From a virus (Duplodnaviria; Heunggongvirae; Uroviricota; Caudoviricetes), in IMG/VR virus record IMGVR_UViG_2541047842_000005: a stretch of DNA of 54,238 bases; one strand, 5' to 3'. The notes beneath the pieces are model-generated. The model saw only the letters and a list, made by a program, of their open reading frames with translations. It made no database searches and had not been told where the DNA came from. Made by a program: the position numbers and the translations under genes. This document shows, piece after piece, positions 8,969-16,738 of this stretch. How positions within the stretch are numbered: position 1 is the first letter of the stretch; each line of letters begins with the position of its first letter.

Positions 8969-9222
8969 GCGAGTCAAAGGAAGGTCGCAGGTAACAAAAG
9001 CAACTTCCTGGCACTTTAAAAATCAGGCTTAACACCTTGTCAACCGTGGAGTAACTCCCCGATGGGGGACCGAAAGCGGCACTGATAACAAGGCGCATGG
9101 GGTGTTTAAAGCGTTACATCCCCCACGAAACCGCACGCAAGGCGACGAGTCAGCTTGCTTGGAGTGAGCAAGGTCACGCCGGGAACGGCGATGATTGCGG
9201 GATTAGTTGAAAGATGTTAAGC

Positions 9223-9260
9223 CGCTCATTAACAATCTGGTCAGCCGCTGGAAGTGCGGC
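9223..9260 (+). promoter_or_regulatory. nut-like site (boxA-like CGCTCATTAACAA plus boxB-like hairpin)
   Basis: CGCTCATTAACAA resembles the boxA consensus; 8 nt later GCCGC-TGGAAGT-GCGGC hairpin; located in the leader upstream of the N-like gene. Confidence 0.35.
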
Positions 9261-9316
9261 AATTAACGAAGATGATTTTTTATTAAGTATCATCAAGGAT
9301 ATACGGAGATCAGATT

Positions 9317-9607
9317 ATGAGCGTTACAATCATGTATGGCAAATGTGACAGTAAACTGAATGCCAGGGAACGCAGAAAAATAAAAAGAGAAAACGAAAGA
9401 AAATCATCACCTGCAATCAATAAAACAGACAATGTGGATAAAGCTATTCGATTTGCAAACGAGGAAAGATGCAAACCAAATAGCATTAAAGAACGTCGCA
9501 AAGGATCAGTAAAATGGTGTACGGAAAATGAAAGCGGCAGCTACTACCACGCAACGCAACCACGCCATTTAGGGGAAAAACCCCTGGATAAAGTCCGCTA
9601 CCATTAA
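9317..9607 (+). CDS. N-like transcription antiterminator (P22 gp24-like, arginine-rich motif)
   Basis: 96 aa, very basic; N-terminus MSVTIMYGKCDSKLNARERRKIKRENERK parallels the P22 N start (YGK..NAKTRRHERRRK) as I recall it. Confidence 0.55.
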   Translation: MSVTIMYGKCDSKLNARERRKIKRENERKSSPAINKTDNVDKAIRFANEERCKPNSIKERRKGSVKWCTENESGSYYHATQPRHLGEKPLDKVRYH

Positions 9608-9637
9608 TACAAAATGTAAACATCCGGAGGTGACATT

Positions 9638-9760
9638 ATGGTTATTCAGGCGCTTCAATTCAAACTGGCAGTAGCGGAAATGCTTCACGATGCCGAAATG
9701 TGGAGCGCCGCGAATAAAGCCTTATACATAGTGTTAACAGCACGGGAGATTAAATGGTGA
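9638..9760 (+). CDS. small hypothetical protein (40 aa)
   Basis: ATG with strong SD GGAGGTG; stop overlaps the erf start; not in the ORF track. Confidence 0.3.
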   Translation: MVIQALQFKLAVAEMLHDAEMWSAANKALYIVLTAREIKW

Positions 9761-10398
9761 AAACAGAGTTACATAAAAAGCTATGGACGATTCAGCAAAC
9801 GCTGAACGCGCCGAAAAATCAGCGTAATAATTTTGGTGGATATAATTACAGGTCGGCGGAGGATATTTTAGAGGCGGTTAAACCACTGCTTCAAAGTATT
9901 ACGCTGACTGTAAGCGATGAAATTGTCCTGATCGGCAATCGCTATTATGTGAAAGCTACGGCGACGCTAAGCGACGGTGAAGACGAAATAGCGGTAACGG
10001 CTTACGCCAGGGAAGAAGAAAGCAAGAAGGGAATGGACGCAAGCCAGCTAACAGGTGCGACATCAAGTTACGCGCGAAAATATGCTTTGAACGGTTTATT
10101 CTGCATTGATGATGCGCGAGATCCTGATACTGACGCATACGCTAAGCAGACAGGCCAGCAGCCTCGCCAGCAGAAAAACCCACCAAAACAACAACCACAG
10201 CAGCAGAAAGCGCCGCCAAATCCTGATGAAGTATTAGCACGTTTCTGTGATGCAGCAGCGAAAGCGCAGGACGCTAACAAGCTGCGTGAAATATTTGGCA
10301 AATGCTGGAAATTACTACCGGAAGGATCGGAACATCGAATCAAGGCAAAAGATGTTTATGACATCCGGGTAGCAGAGCTTAACGGGGAGATGGGTTAA
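9754..10398 (+). CDS. erf: Erf-family single-strand annealing protein
   Basis: 214 aa; LNAPKNQRNNFGGYNYRSAEDILEAVKPLL...IVLIGNRYYVKATAT...GATSSYARKYALNGLF matches the P22 Erf pattern. Confidence 0.85.
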   Translation: MVKTELHKKLWTIQQTLNAPKNQRNNFGGYNYRSAEDILEAVKPLLQSITLTVSDEIVLIGNRYYVKATATLSDGEDEIAVTAYAREEESKKGMDASQLTGATSSYARKYALNGLFCIDDARDPDTDAYAKQTGQQPRQQKNPPKQQPQQQKAPPNPDEVLARFCDAAAKAQDANKLREIFGKCWKLLPEGSEHRIKAKDVYDIRVAELNGEMG

Positions 10399-10802
10399 TG
10401 AGTTTAAATTCAATCACGCTGGGCGGGAATATCGGTAATGATATGGAGGTTCGCTACACACAAAACGGGAAAGCGATTGGTAGTTTTCCGTTAGCTGTAA
10501 CGAATGGCTACGGCGATAATAAGCGGACAATGTGGGTCACTTGCCTGGTATTTGGTGAGCGTGCGGAAAAATTAGCGCCACATATCCGCAAGGGTGGAAA
10601 AATAGTGGTAAGCGGTCGCCTGGATGTTCGGCAATATGACCGGAACGACGGCACGAAGGGAACGGCGGTAGAAGTGGCGGTTAACGAATTTGAATTCATG
10701 AACGTTAACCAACAAGGCCAGCAGCAGAAAGCGCCTCCGCAGCAGCAGAATAATAACGGGAATAATCCGCCGATGGACTTTGATGACGATATCCCGTTTT
10801 GA
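10398..10802 (+). CDS. ssb: single-stranded DNA-binding protein (SSB)
   Basis: 134 aa; OB-fold region, Gln/Pro-rich linker and acidic C-terminal tail MDFDDDIPF. Confidence 0.9.
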   Translation: MSLNSITLGGNIGNDMEVRYTQNGKAIGSFPLAVTNGYGDNKRTMWVTCLVFGERAEKLAPHIRKGGKIVVSGRLDVRQYDRNDGTKGTAVEVAVNEFEFMNVNQQGQQQKAPPQQQNNNGNNPPMDFDDDIPF

Positions 10803-10817
10803 TCCAATAGGTTAGCG

Positions 10818-11096
10818 ATGGTTGATTATCTAAAACCGCCACCACCGCCACGAACAAAAGAGCAAGTATTAAAAGAAGCCCGTGATCAAATCGATCGCGG
10901 GCTTTTTTTATGCGGCACGGCAGCGGAACGGATGGCAAAAAGATTTAGTGACCTGTACGCAAAACAAATATGGTTCGACAACTGGCAGGCAAGTTTTTAT
11001 CCGCTGCAAAGAAAACCGGATATGCACTGGCCTGAATATGTCGATCCACGTATGCGCAAATATCGCGGGCGTATGGGCCAGGTCATTAACGATTAA
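10818..11096 (+). CDS. hypothetical protein (92 aa)
   Basis: ORF after ssb; polyproline stretch near the N-terminus; no motif recognised. Confidence 0.4.
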   Translation: MVDYLKPPPPPRTKEQVLKEARDQIDRGLFLCGTAAERMAKRFSDLYAKQIWFDNWQASFYPLQRKPDMHWPEYVDPRMRKYRGRMGQVIND

Positions 11097-11108
11097 TGAG
11101 GTGTTATC

Positions 11109-11333
11109 ATGATTGAAGAAAAAGAAGTAGACAAGGAAATTCCTGACGGTTGTGATGAGCTTATTTGTTTTGACGGCGGCCTGTATGAGTTCGAAACGTC
11201 TGCAGGGTGGCACGATAAATGGCCTAAGCCTACTCGCCAGGAATTAAGCGACCGTAAATCATTCGGCGAAGATGCCGAACGGCTGGCTAATAACAAATGG
11301 CTTGATAAGTTAATTGCGGAGGGTGGCAAATGA
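11109..11333 (+). CDS. hypothetical protein (74 aa)
   Basis: SD GAGGTG upstream; acidic; no motif recognised. Confidence 0.45.
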   Translation: MIEEKEVDKEIPDGCDELICFDGGLYEFETSAGWHDKWPKPTRQELSDRKSFGEDAERLANNKWLDKLIAEGGK

Positions 11334-11443
11334 GCTTTGCAAAAATTGCCGCATTGCTTGCGGCTTTATCTATCGCCGTGCTGTATCTCAGTGTATCTCT
11401 TTATATCACGGTAGCGATCATTAAACTCATTACTAACATGTGA
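11330..11443 (+). CDS. micro-ORF, hydrophobic peptide (37 aa)
   Basis: MSFAKIAALLAALSIAVLYLSVSLYITVAIIKLITNM; ATGA overlap with the upstream stop; single predicted TM helix. Confidence 0.3.
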   Translation: MSFAKIAALLAALSIAVLYLSVSLYITVAIIKLITNM

Positions 11444-11451
11444 GGCCAATC

Positions 11452-11571
11452 ATGAAAGTCGGTAAGGATATTGTGACTGTCGCGTTTTGCATTATTTGCT
11501 TCCTGTTTGTGGTTGTTTCTTGTGGCGCATTTGCTGCGTTGGTTAGCTTTATTTTTAGAGGGTTGCCGTGA
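11452..11571 (+). CDS. micro-ORF, hydrophobic peptide (39 aa)
   Basis: MKVGKDIVTVAFCIICFLFVVVSCGAFAALVSFIFRGLP; SD TGAGG 7 nt upstream. Confidence 0.3.
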   Translation: MKVGKDIVTVAFCIICFLFVVVSCGAFAALVSFIFRGLP

Positions 11572-11843
11572 TGAAAACATGGGATGCAAAGGCTGGTGAT
11601 CTTGTTGTGTTGCCTGAATATCGTGATGACCCTGGCCTGGTTGTACTGAATAAGATATATAACGATCTCGAGCGCCCGCTAGTGGTTAAATACCTGGACG
11701 GAACAATCATAGAACCGCGCTACTTTGATGAGATTGAACTAAAGGCCCACAATGTTCGCGTTAAGCCGTTCCGTGCTTATGTTGAAAACCACTGGCGGAA
11801 ATTGTTCGCCGGACTGAATGGGATGTTTGGCGTATGGCTATAA
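11571..11843 (+). CDS. hypothetical protein (90 aa)
   Basis: ORF track starts at a GTG at 11568; the ATG is at 11571. Confidence 0.45.
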   Translation: MKTWDAKAGDLVVLPEYRDDPGLVVLNKIYNDLERPLVVKYLDGTIIEPRYFDEIELKAHNVRVKPFRAYVENHWRKLFAGLNGMFGVWL

Positions 11844-12025
11844 AATTAGTGAAAGTTAAAGACCTGAAAGGCGGCGAAAAGATCCGCACGTGGTATGGCT
11901 ATAAATTTATTGTCGCTGCCTTTTCTTTCGGGTCAGGGGGTCAAGTAACATTATTTGATGAAGAAGACGACGAGGTGGGTAAATGGCATCTTGAACAATA
12001 TGTTGAGGTGTTAAATGAAAATTAA
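11834..12025 (+). CDS. hypothetical protein (63 aa)
   Basis: Compact ORF overlapping its neighbours by a few nt. Confidence 0.4.
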   Translation: MAIKLVKVKDLKGGEKIRTWYGYKFIVAAFSFGSGGQVTLFDEEDDEVGKWHLEQYVEVLNEN

Positions 12026-12347
12026 ATTACATAAGGCCTATGATAGCGAAACAAATAAGCTATCACTATTTATTGAGTTCGAACGCCGGATCGTGTGTGT
12101 ACCGTGGGCGCGTCGCTTTAATGATGCAGCAGGGCGGCGACAGTTCGCGTTAGACATGTTGTTGCGCGGTTGCGGCCTTATGCGCCCGCTATCTGATTTA
12201 AAACGGATGATGCCTGGATCGTTCGGTCAGATTGATGAAATAGAAATAGGCCAGGAAGAGCTAAAACGGGCGCGTGATTTATTCCTTTCAAGTGAAGGAA
12301 ACCCGTTCAACCCAGAAACTGAAATGAAATGGCATCACCCACTATAA
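12015..12347 (+). CDS. hypothetical protein (110 aa)
   Basis: ORF in the early-left arm; no motif recognised. Confidence 0.45.
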   Translation: MKIKLHKAYDSETNKLSLFIEFERRIVCVPWARRFNDAAGRRQFALDMLLRGCGLMRPLSDLKRMMPGSFGQIDEIEIGQEELKRARDLFLSSEGNPFNPETEMKWHHPL

Positions 12348-12360
12348 AAGGATGAACATC

Positions 12361-12981
12361 ATGAACGACATCAAAACAGCTTATTCACTTGGCGGCAATG
12401 GCATGTTAATCACTCGCTACACTGAAGACGCAAGTGTTCATGAAGTGGAAACGAAGGATTATCACGAAGTATTAAAAGATATGGAAGCTGGCGCGTATGA
12501 CGCTGATTTAAACCTGGCTATGCAGATCGTTGATATTGTGATGGACGCGTCGATCCGCGATTATGTTTCTTTAAACGCTGAAGAAAAAACGGTTGTAGCT
12601 CGTTATGTCTTCTGTCTTACTTTCGTAAAACGCATGGAAGAGGATTTTGGTCGAGTGCCAGTGCCGGAAGAGATTGACCCGATGGCGTTCGGAAGTGCTG
12701 TTATCTTCCCGCTGGATGAAAATCATATGGGTAGCATTGCACTGCATACTATGCGTGACATGATGAAAAAACTGTTTGAAGTTAAATTGCTAGAGAAGTT
12801 CGTTGATGACGGTTACGAAGAAGAAGAAGTTAAACACCTTATGCCATTGTTTTACGGCGAAATGGTTGGCACTGATATGCGTGCAAATGATTTCGGCGTG
12901 CAGGCGGCTATAGCTGTGCTTAATGATGCACGGAAAAACTCACAGCCAATGCCTGAACCGGAAAAACGTGTACTGCATTAA
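12361..12981 (+). CDS. hypothetical protein (about 206 aa)
   Basis: Track start 12352; ATG at 12361 has AAGGA 10 nt upstream; acidic protein; followed by a dyad-rich non-coding gap. Confidence 0.45.
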   Translation: MNDIKTAYSLGGNGMLITRYTEDASVHEVETKDYHEVLKDMEAGAYDADLNLAMQIVDIVMDASIRDYVSLNAEEKTVVARYVFCLTFVKRMEEDFGRVPVPEEIDPMAFGSAVIFPLDENHMGSIALHTMRDMMKKLFEVKLLEKFVDDGYEEEEVKHLMPLFYGEMVGTDMRANDFGVQAAIAVLNDARKNSQPMPEPEKRVLH

Positions 12982-13080
12982 CAGCGTGATTGCGATCACA
13001 TAAATATACATTTTGTGTTGTGATCGCGTATCCGTTTTGTAAACCGAAATCAAAAGGTTTACGGCACGGAGGAAAACAAG

Positions 13081-13299
13081 ATGGCCCGCGAATACATGCT
13101 TTATTGCGTTGAGGGTGGCGTAGGCCATGATGCCTACGTCGCCGGGAAAAGCTATCCAGCCGATGAAGTGCTTTCTAATATGCACTTCCGGGAAAATGAA
13201 AGCCAGGTGTCTGTGTGGAAACGGTGCATTGATGGTATTGAGGTTGTAAGCATCGAACGGTATTTAGGTGCGTTTGATTACGGTGTTATTGAGGCTTAA
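13081..13299 (+). CDS. hypothetical protein (72 aa)
   Basis: SD GGAGG upstream of the ATG. Confidence 0.45.
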   Translation: MAREYMLYCVEGGVGHDAYVAGKSYPADEVLSNMHFRENESQVSVWKRCIDGIEVVSIERYLGAFDYGVIEA

Positions 13300-13301
13300 T
13301 T

Positions 13302-13394
13302 ATGGACGACACATTGTTTTATATGTGCTGTTGCTGGGGTTTTATTGCCTTATGCCTGTTTATCAGATGGTTTATTGAATACCATATGAGGTGA
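13302..13394 (+). CDS. micro-ORF, Cys-rich hydrophobic peptide (30 aa)
   Basis: MDDTLFYMCCCWGFIALCLFIRWFIEYHMR; not in the ORF track. Confidence 0.25.
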   Translation: MDDTLFYMCCCWGFIALCLFIRWFIEYHMR

Positions 13395-13397
13395 TAT

Positions 13398-13589
13398 ATG
13401 AAATGCGTTGGAGAATATAAGTTACCGGACAACGCCAAATTAGCTGGTGTCGGTTATTGCGGATGTTATTACTACAACTCAATCGGTGACATTTACCTAA
13501 TCTGCATCATTAAAGGCGTTCAGCATTTTCGCTTGATGCCTTGCACATTAAAAGATCTAAAACAGGCGGTAAAAATGTATGAAGTATAA
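13398..13589 (+). CDS. hypothetical protein (63 aa)
   Basis: SD GAGGTG upstream. Confidence 0.4.
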   Translation: MKCVGEYKLPDNAKLAGVGYCGCYYYNSIGDIYLICIIKGVQHFRLMPCTLKDLKQAVKMYEV

Positions 13590-13782
13590 ACGCTATAAAG
13601 AGTGGAAAATCCCAGAAGCAGCAACAAAGGCAGCGCCCGGAAACTTTTCGGGCGTTTACTTTTATATGGAAGGCAAATGGTATTTCGGCAGCAGGCCTGA
13701 TCACTATTATCAGGAAATATGCAAACCTCATGTATGGGATATAAAAGAGCGGGTGAAAGACGGTGTAATAGACGAGGTTTAA
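13579..13782 (+). CDS. hypothetical protein (67 aa)
   Basis: Compact ORF with small overlap to its neighbour. Confidence 0.4.
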   Translation: MKYKRYKEWKIPEAATKAAPGNFSGVYFYMEGKWYFGSRPDHYYQEICKPHVWDIKERVKDGVIDEV

Positions 13783-13783
13783 A

Positions 13784-14005
13784 ATGGTTAAGAGCTTTTT
13801 AAACTGGTTAAAGGCGTGGCTTTTGGTTACGCTTTTTGTTTTTTTGGTGTTCAGTGGCGCTATCGTCATATTTACGCTGGGTATGATTTTTGTTACATGG
13901 TCAGTACCTGAATTTAACGACATTGAAAGCATTCTTTTTACTGTACGCGCTTTATTGGCTGGTAGCGCATTCATCGGTTTTTGCTTTACTGTTTCGCGTG
14001 ATTAG
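13784..14005 (+). CDS. small membrane protein (73 aa, two predicted TM helices)
   Basis: Two hydrophobic stretches (LLVTLFVFLVFSGAIVIFTLGMIFV and LLAGSAFIGFCF). Confidence 0.4.
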   Translation: MVKSFLNWLKAWLLVTLFVFLVFSGAIVIFTLGMIFVTWSVPEFNDIESILFTVRALLAGSAFIGFCFTVSRD

Positions 14006-14006
14006 G

Positions 14007-14255
14007 ATGAATGGTGATCCTATGGCTTTATTCAATATGTCAGAGCCGCAATTTAACGCCGTAAAGACTGCCGCCCGCGCCGCGCTTTCGGCCTGCAAAG
14101 CGGAGGTAGAGAAGAACGGCTACAGCGATAAAGCCACGCGGCTGATATTAGAGAAGCATTATCGCAAGGTTGCCCCACTAATCAGCATTGAGCGTTTTGT
14201 GTGGTTGGTTGGGTATCTAAATAATCGGTGGGGTACTGATCAGGATTATTTCTGA
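14007..14255 (+). CDS. hypothetical protein (about 80 aa)
   Basis: Track ORF 13890-14255 overlaps the preceding gene; in-frame ATGs at 14007 and 14022; start uncertain. Confidence 0.35.
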   Translation: MNGDPMALFNMSEPQFNAVKTAARAALSACKAEVEKNGYSDKATRLILEKHYRKVAPLISIERFVWLVGYLNNRWGTDQDYF

Positions 14256-14806
14256 TGGGGGTCATGATGAAAAATGATTTTGGAGGTAGTCACACTCCAA
14301 AGGAAATTAAAGATCTATGGCAGACGCCTAAACCAGTTTTCAGAGGAATGGACCGCGAATTTGAATTTGTCGCGGACGTGGCGGCAAACAAAGCAAACGC
14401 GCTAGTTCCGCGATATATAACCGAAGAAATGGACACGTTGCATTATCCGTGGGGAGCGGTGGCAATGCATGGTGAGTATGTTTGGCTTAATCCACCATAT
14501 TCTAATCCTGGGCCATTCGTTGATAAGGCGGCGCTTGAACATCAACGAAATCATATTGGCTGTGTAATGCTATTGCCCGCTGACATTTCTGTTAGCTGGT
14601 TTATGAACGGCGTGGAGACGGCAAACGAATGCCGATTAATCACGCGCGGGCGTCTGGCGTTTATCAATGCCGCTACTGGTAAGCCAGCAAGCGGAAACAA
14701 TAAGGGTAGCTTGTTCTTGATCTGGCATCCACGGTGCAGACATGAATGTATTTTCACGCAGATAACACGTAAAGAGCTATATGCAAGAGGTGCAGAAAAT
14801 GAATAA
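14255..14806 (+). CDS. phage Dam-family DNA N6-adenine methyltransferase
   Basis: 183 aa; WQTPKPVF N-terminal motif and NPPYS catalytic motif typical of phage Dam-like N6A methylases; alternative ATGs at 14264 and 14267. Confidence 0.75.
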   Translation: MGVMMKNDFGGSHTPKEIKDLWQTPKPVFRGMDREFEFVADVAANKANALVPRYITEEMDTLHYPWGAVAMHGEYVWLNPPYSNPGPFVDKAALEHQRNHIGCVMLLPADISVSWFMNGVETANECRLITRGRLAFINAATGKPASGNNKGSLFLIWHPRCRHECIFTQITRKELYARGAENE

Positions 14807-15119
14807 AGCGGCTGAATTGCTGAGACTTGCGGCTGAAACTATCGAGGCAAGAGGGGAGCAAAACGGATACGATCGAAAAGAAGAAAAATCAGCGCCAAAA
14901 ATAGCCACTATTTTCAACGCTAAGATGAATGCGAATTTAACCCCACTTGATGTATGGGATCTAATGATTTGCCTCAAGGAAGCGCGTTTAGGGGCTATTC
15001 TCGCTAATGGAACTGATCCGCTCGACACTCTTATAGACCTTATTGCTTATAACGCGCTTAAGGCCGAACAGATATTAGCGTATCGGGAGGAAGAGCTAAA
15101 TGAAGATGGTGGCAATTGA
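14799..15119 (+). CDS. hypothetical protein (106 aa)
   Basis: Track start 14781; ATG at 14799 has GAGGTG upstream. Confidence 0.4.
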   Translation: MNKAAELLRLAAETIEARGEQNGYDRKEEKSAPKIATIFNAKMNANLTPLDVWDLMICLKEARLGAILANGTDPLDTLIDLIAYNALKAEQILAYREEELNEDGGN

Positions 15120-15603
15120 CAGGTTATTAGCCTGCGTTTATGTCGCCGTTTTCGTTATCATCAATCTTATTGTTAACCACTGTGGCCCGTGGGTAATTCC
15201 GATCACCACGGTAGCCGCCGTGTGTGTCAATATGATGATTCGTGATTTTCTGTTATATGACGGCGGCCTTAAATGGTCGGCTACAACATGCGCCGCCGCT
15301 GGCGCAATCACGGTGCTGATAAATTACGACGCCGGAATGGTGGCGATCGCCTCATTCGTCGCGGTTGTTTCCGGTGCGCTTATTTCTGGCGGCGTTTACC
15401 GGGTTTTACCTGGTGATTTCGATTCGAAACGCTGGCCTGCAAATATAGCGTCAGCCATAGGCGATGCGTTGATTTTCCCTACACTATCGTTTATGGCGTT
15501 TATGCCGGAAATATCAGCGATGCAATTCATCTCAAAAATGGCAGCGGTAACGGTGATCACTATCATCATGCGCCGCTATTTCACGTTTGAGGGAAGAAAA
15601 TGA
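15100..15603 (+). CDS. YhhQ/VUT-family membrane protein (queuosine-precursor transporter-like)
   Basis: 167 aa, multi-pass hydrophobic; DSKRWPANIASAIGDALIFPTLSFMAF parallels the E. coli YhhQ segment RRWWLAPTASTLFGNVSDTLAFFFIAF as I recall it; shorter than YhhQ. Confidence 0.55.
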   Translation: MKMVAIDRLLACVYVAVFVIINLIVNHCGPWVIPITTVAAVCVNMMIRDFLLYDGGLKWSATTCAAAGAITVLINYDAGMVAIASFVAVVSGALISGGVYRVLPGDFDSKRWPANIASAIGDALIFPTLSFMAFMPEISAMQFISKMAAVTVITIIMRRYFTFEGRK

Positions 15604-16388
15604 GCAAGGGCAAACATTGGTTAAATAATTGGCTTAGAAGTTGGGTGGTGTGGTCGCTGTACGACGGCAGCGGGTACGCCGTTAAAGATTGGGCGGAAGC
15701 GGGATATAAGTGCTATTGCTTCAATTATGACGGTGCAAATCACGGCGATTATGAAGGCGTTAAAATCATTCATCCTAATATTGAATACGTTAACGTGTGG
15801 ATTGACAGCCATTTCCTGGTAATGTTCTCGCCTGAATTGTCTTCTTATCCAGCACCTGACATTATATTGGGCTTTCCGCCGTGCGACGATCTCGCCGTTT
15901 CAGGCGCTCGCTGGTTCGCTGGTAAACGGGAAAAAGATCCTGCCTTCCAGGTAAAGGCGGCGTATAACGCAAAACTGGTAGAAAAACTGGCGAATATGTA
16001 TAACGTGCCGTGGATGGTGGAAAATCCGGTGGGCGCACTGTCAACGTTATGGCGCAAACCTGATTTTATCTTCAACCCGTGCGCTTACGGTGGCTACCTG
16101 CCGGAAGACGATAAACACCCTGCTTTCCCTGAATACATAGCGGCCCGCGACGCATACACGAAGAAAACTTGTATCTGGTGCGGGAATGGATTTAAGCAGC
16201 CGCTATTCCGGCCTGTGCCAATGCCTGATGAATGGGAAGACAGTAAGCAGCACGCTAAGTTAGGAGGAAAGTCGAAACGCACTAAGATGATCCGCTCACT
16301 AACGCCGCGCGGCTTTGCCCGTGCTGTATTCCTGGCTAACGACCGGGCCATCAATCGCACTACGCTTAACCGCGTTTTACCGGACTGA
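15600..16388 (+). CDS. DNA cytosine-C5 methyltransferase-like protein (divergent motifs)
   Basis: 262 aa; motif I-like VWSLYDGSGYA, PC motif GFPPCDD (PCD rather than PCQ), ENV-like MVENPVG. Confidence 0.5.
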   Translation: MSKGKHWLNNWLRSWVVWSLYDGSGYAVKDWAEAGYKCYCFNYDGANHGDYEGVKIIHPNIEYVNVWIDSHFLVMFSPELSSYPAPDIILGFPPCDDLAVSGARWFAGKREKDPAFQVKAAYNAKLVEKLANMYNVPWMVENPVGALSTLWRKPDFIFNPCAYGGYLPEDDKHPAFPEYIAARDAYTKKTCIWCGNGFKQPLFRPVPMPDEWEDSKQHAKLGGKSKRTKMIRSLTPRGFARAVFLANDRAINRTTLNRVLPD

Positions 16389-16547
16389 AATTTACAAAAT
16401 GGCGCCATTGCGTGATGTGGATCACATAATGGCGCTATTCACCTTGTTCTGGTGTATCCATTTTGTATACTTCAAGCAAACGAAATGCTCTTTAAAAATC
16501 CGGCAGCGCTGAAATGCGTAGAAATCACCTGAAAAGGAGAGAGCATT

Positions 16548-16721
16548 ATGTCTTTTGATGATTACCAATGGCATGACGACTATGAACGAGAGAGCGTCAT
16601 GCGTGCAATGTGCAATGTATGCAGCACAAAGAAAGGAGGCTGTAACGAGTGCAACGAATGCCTAGATCATTGGCTAATGGCCGGACACGCCGAAAGGCTG
16701 AACGAAACAGAGAATCAAAAA
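16548..16721 (+). CDS. small Cys-rich protein (57 aa, zinc-ribbon-like)
   Basis: Strong SD AAAGGAGAGAG; CNVCSTKKGGCNECNEC; overlaps the untrusted upstream extension of the ninG track ORF. Confidence 0.3.
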
Positions 16722-16738
16722 TAATCGGGGTGGTTTTT

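Noticed and set aside
9956-11329. Cluster of minus-strand ORFs antisense to erf, ssb and downstream genes
   Set aside because: All overlap strongly supported plus-strand genes; products are low-complexity (Cys/Gly/Phe-rich) mirror images of Gln/Pro-rich sense regions.
16315-16512. 65-aa plus-strand ORF in the gap upstream of ninG
   Set aside because: Lies within the dyad-symmetric regulatory region, lacks an SD, and its ATG is part of the recurrent ACAAAATGG motif; treated as regulatory DNA.
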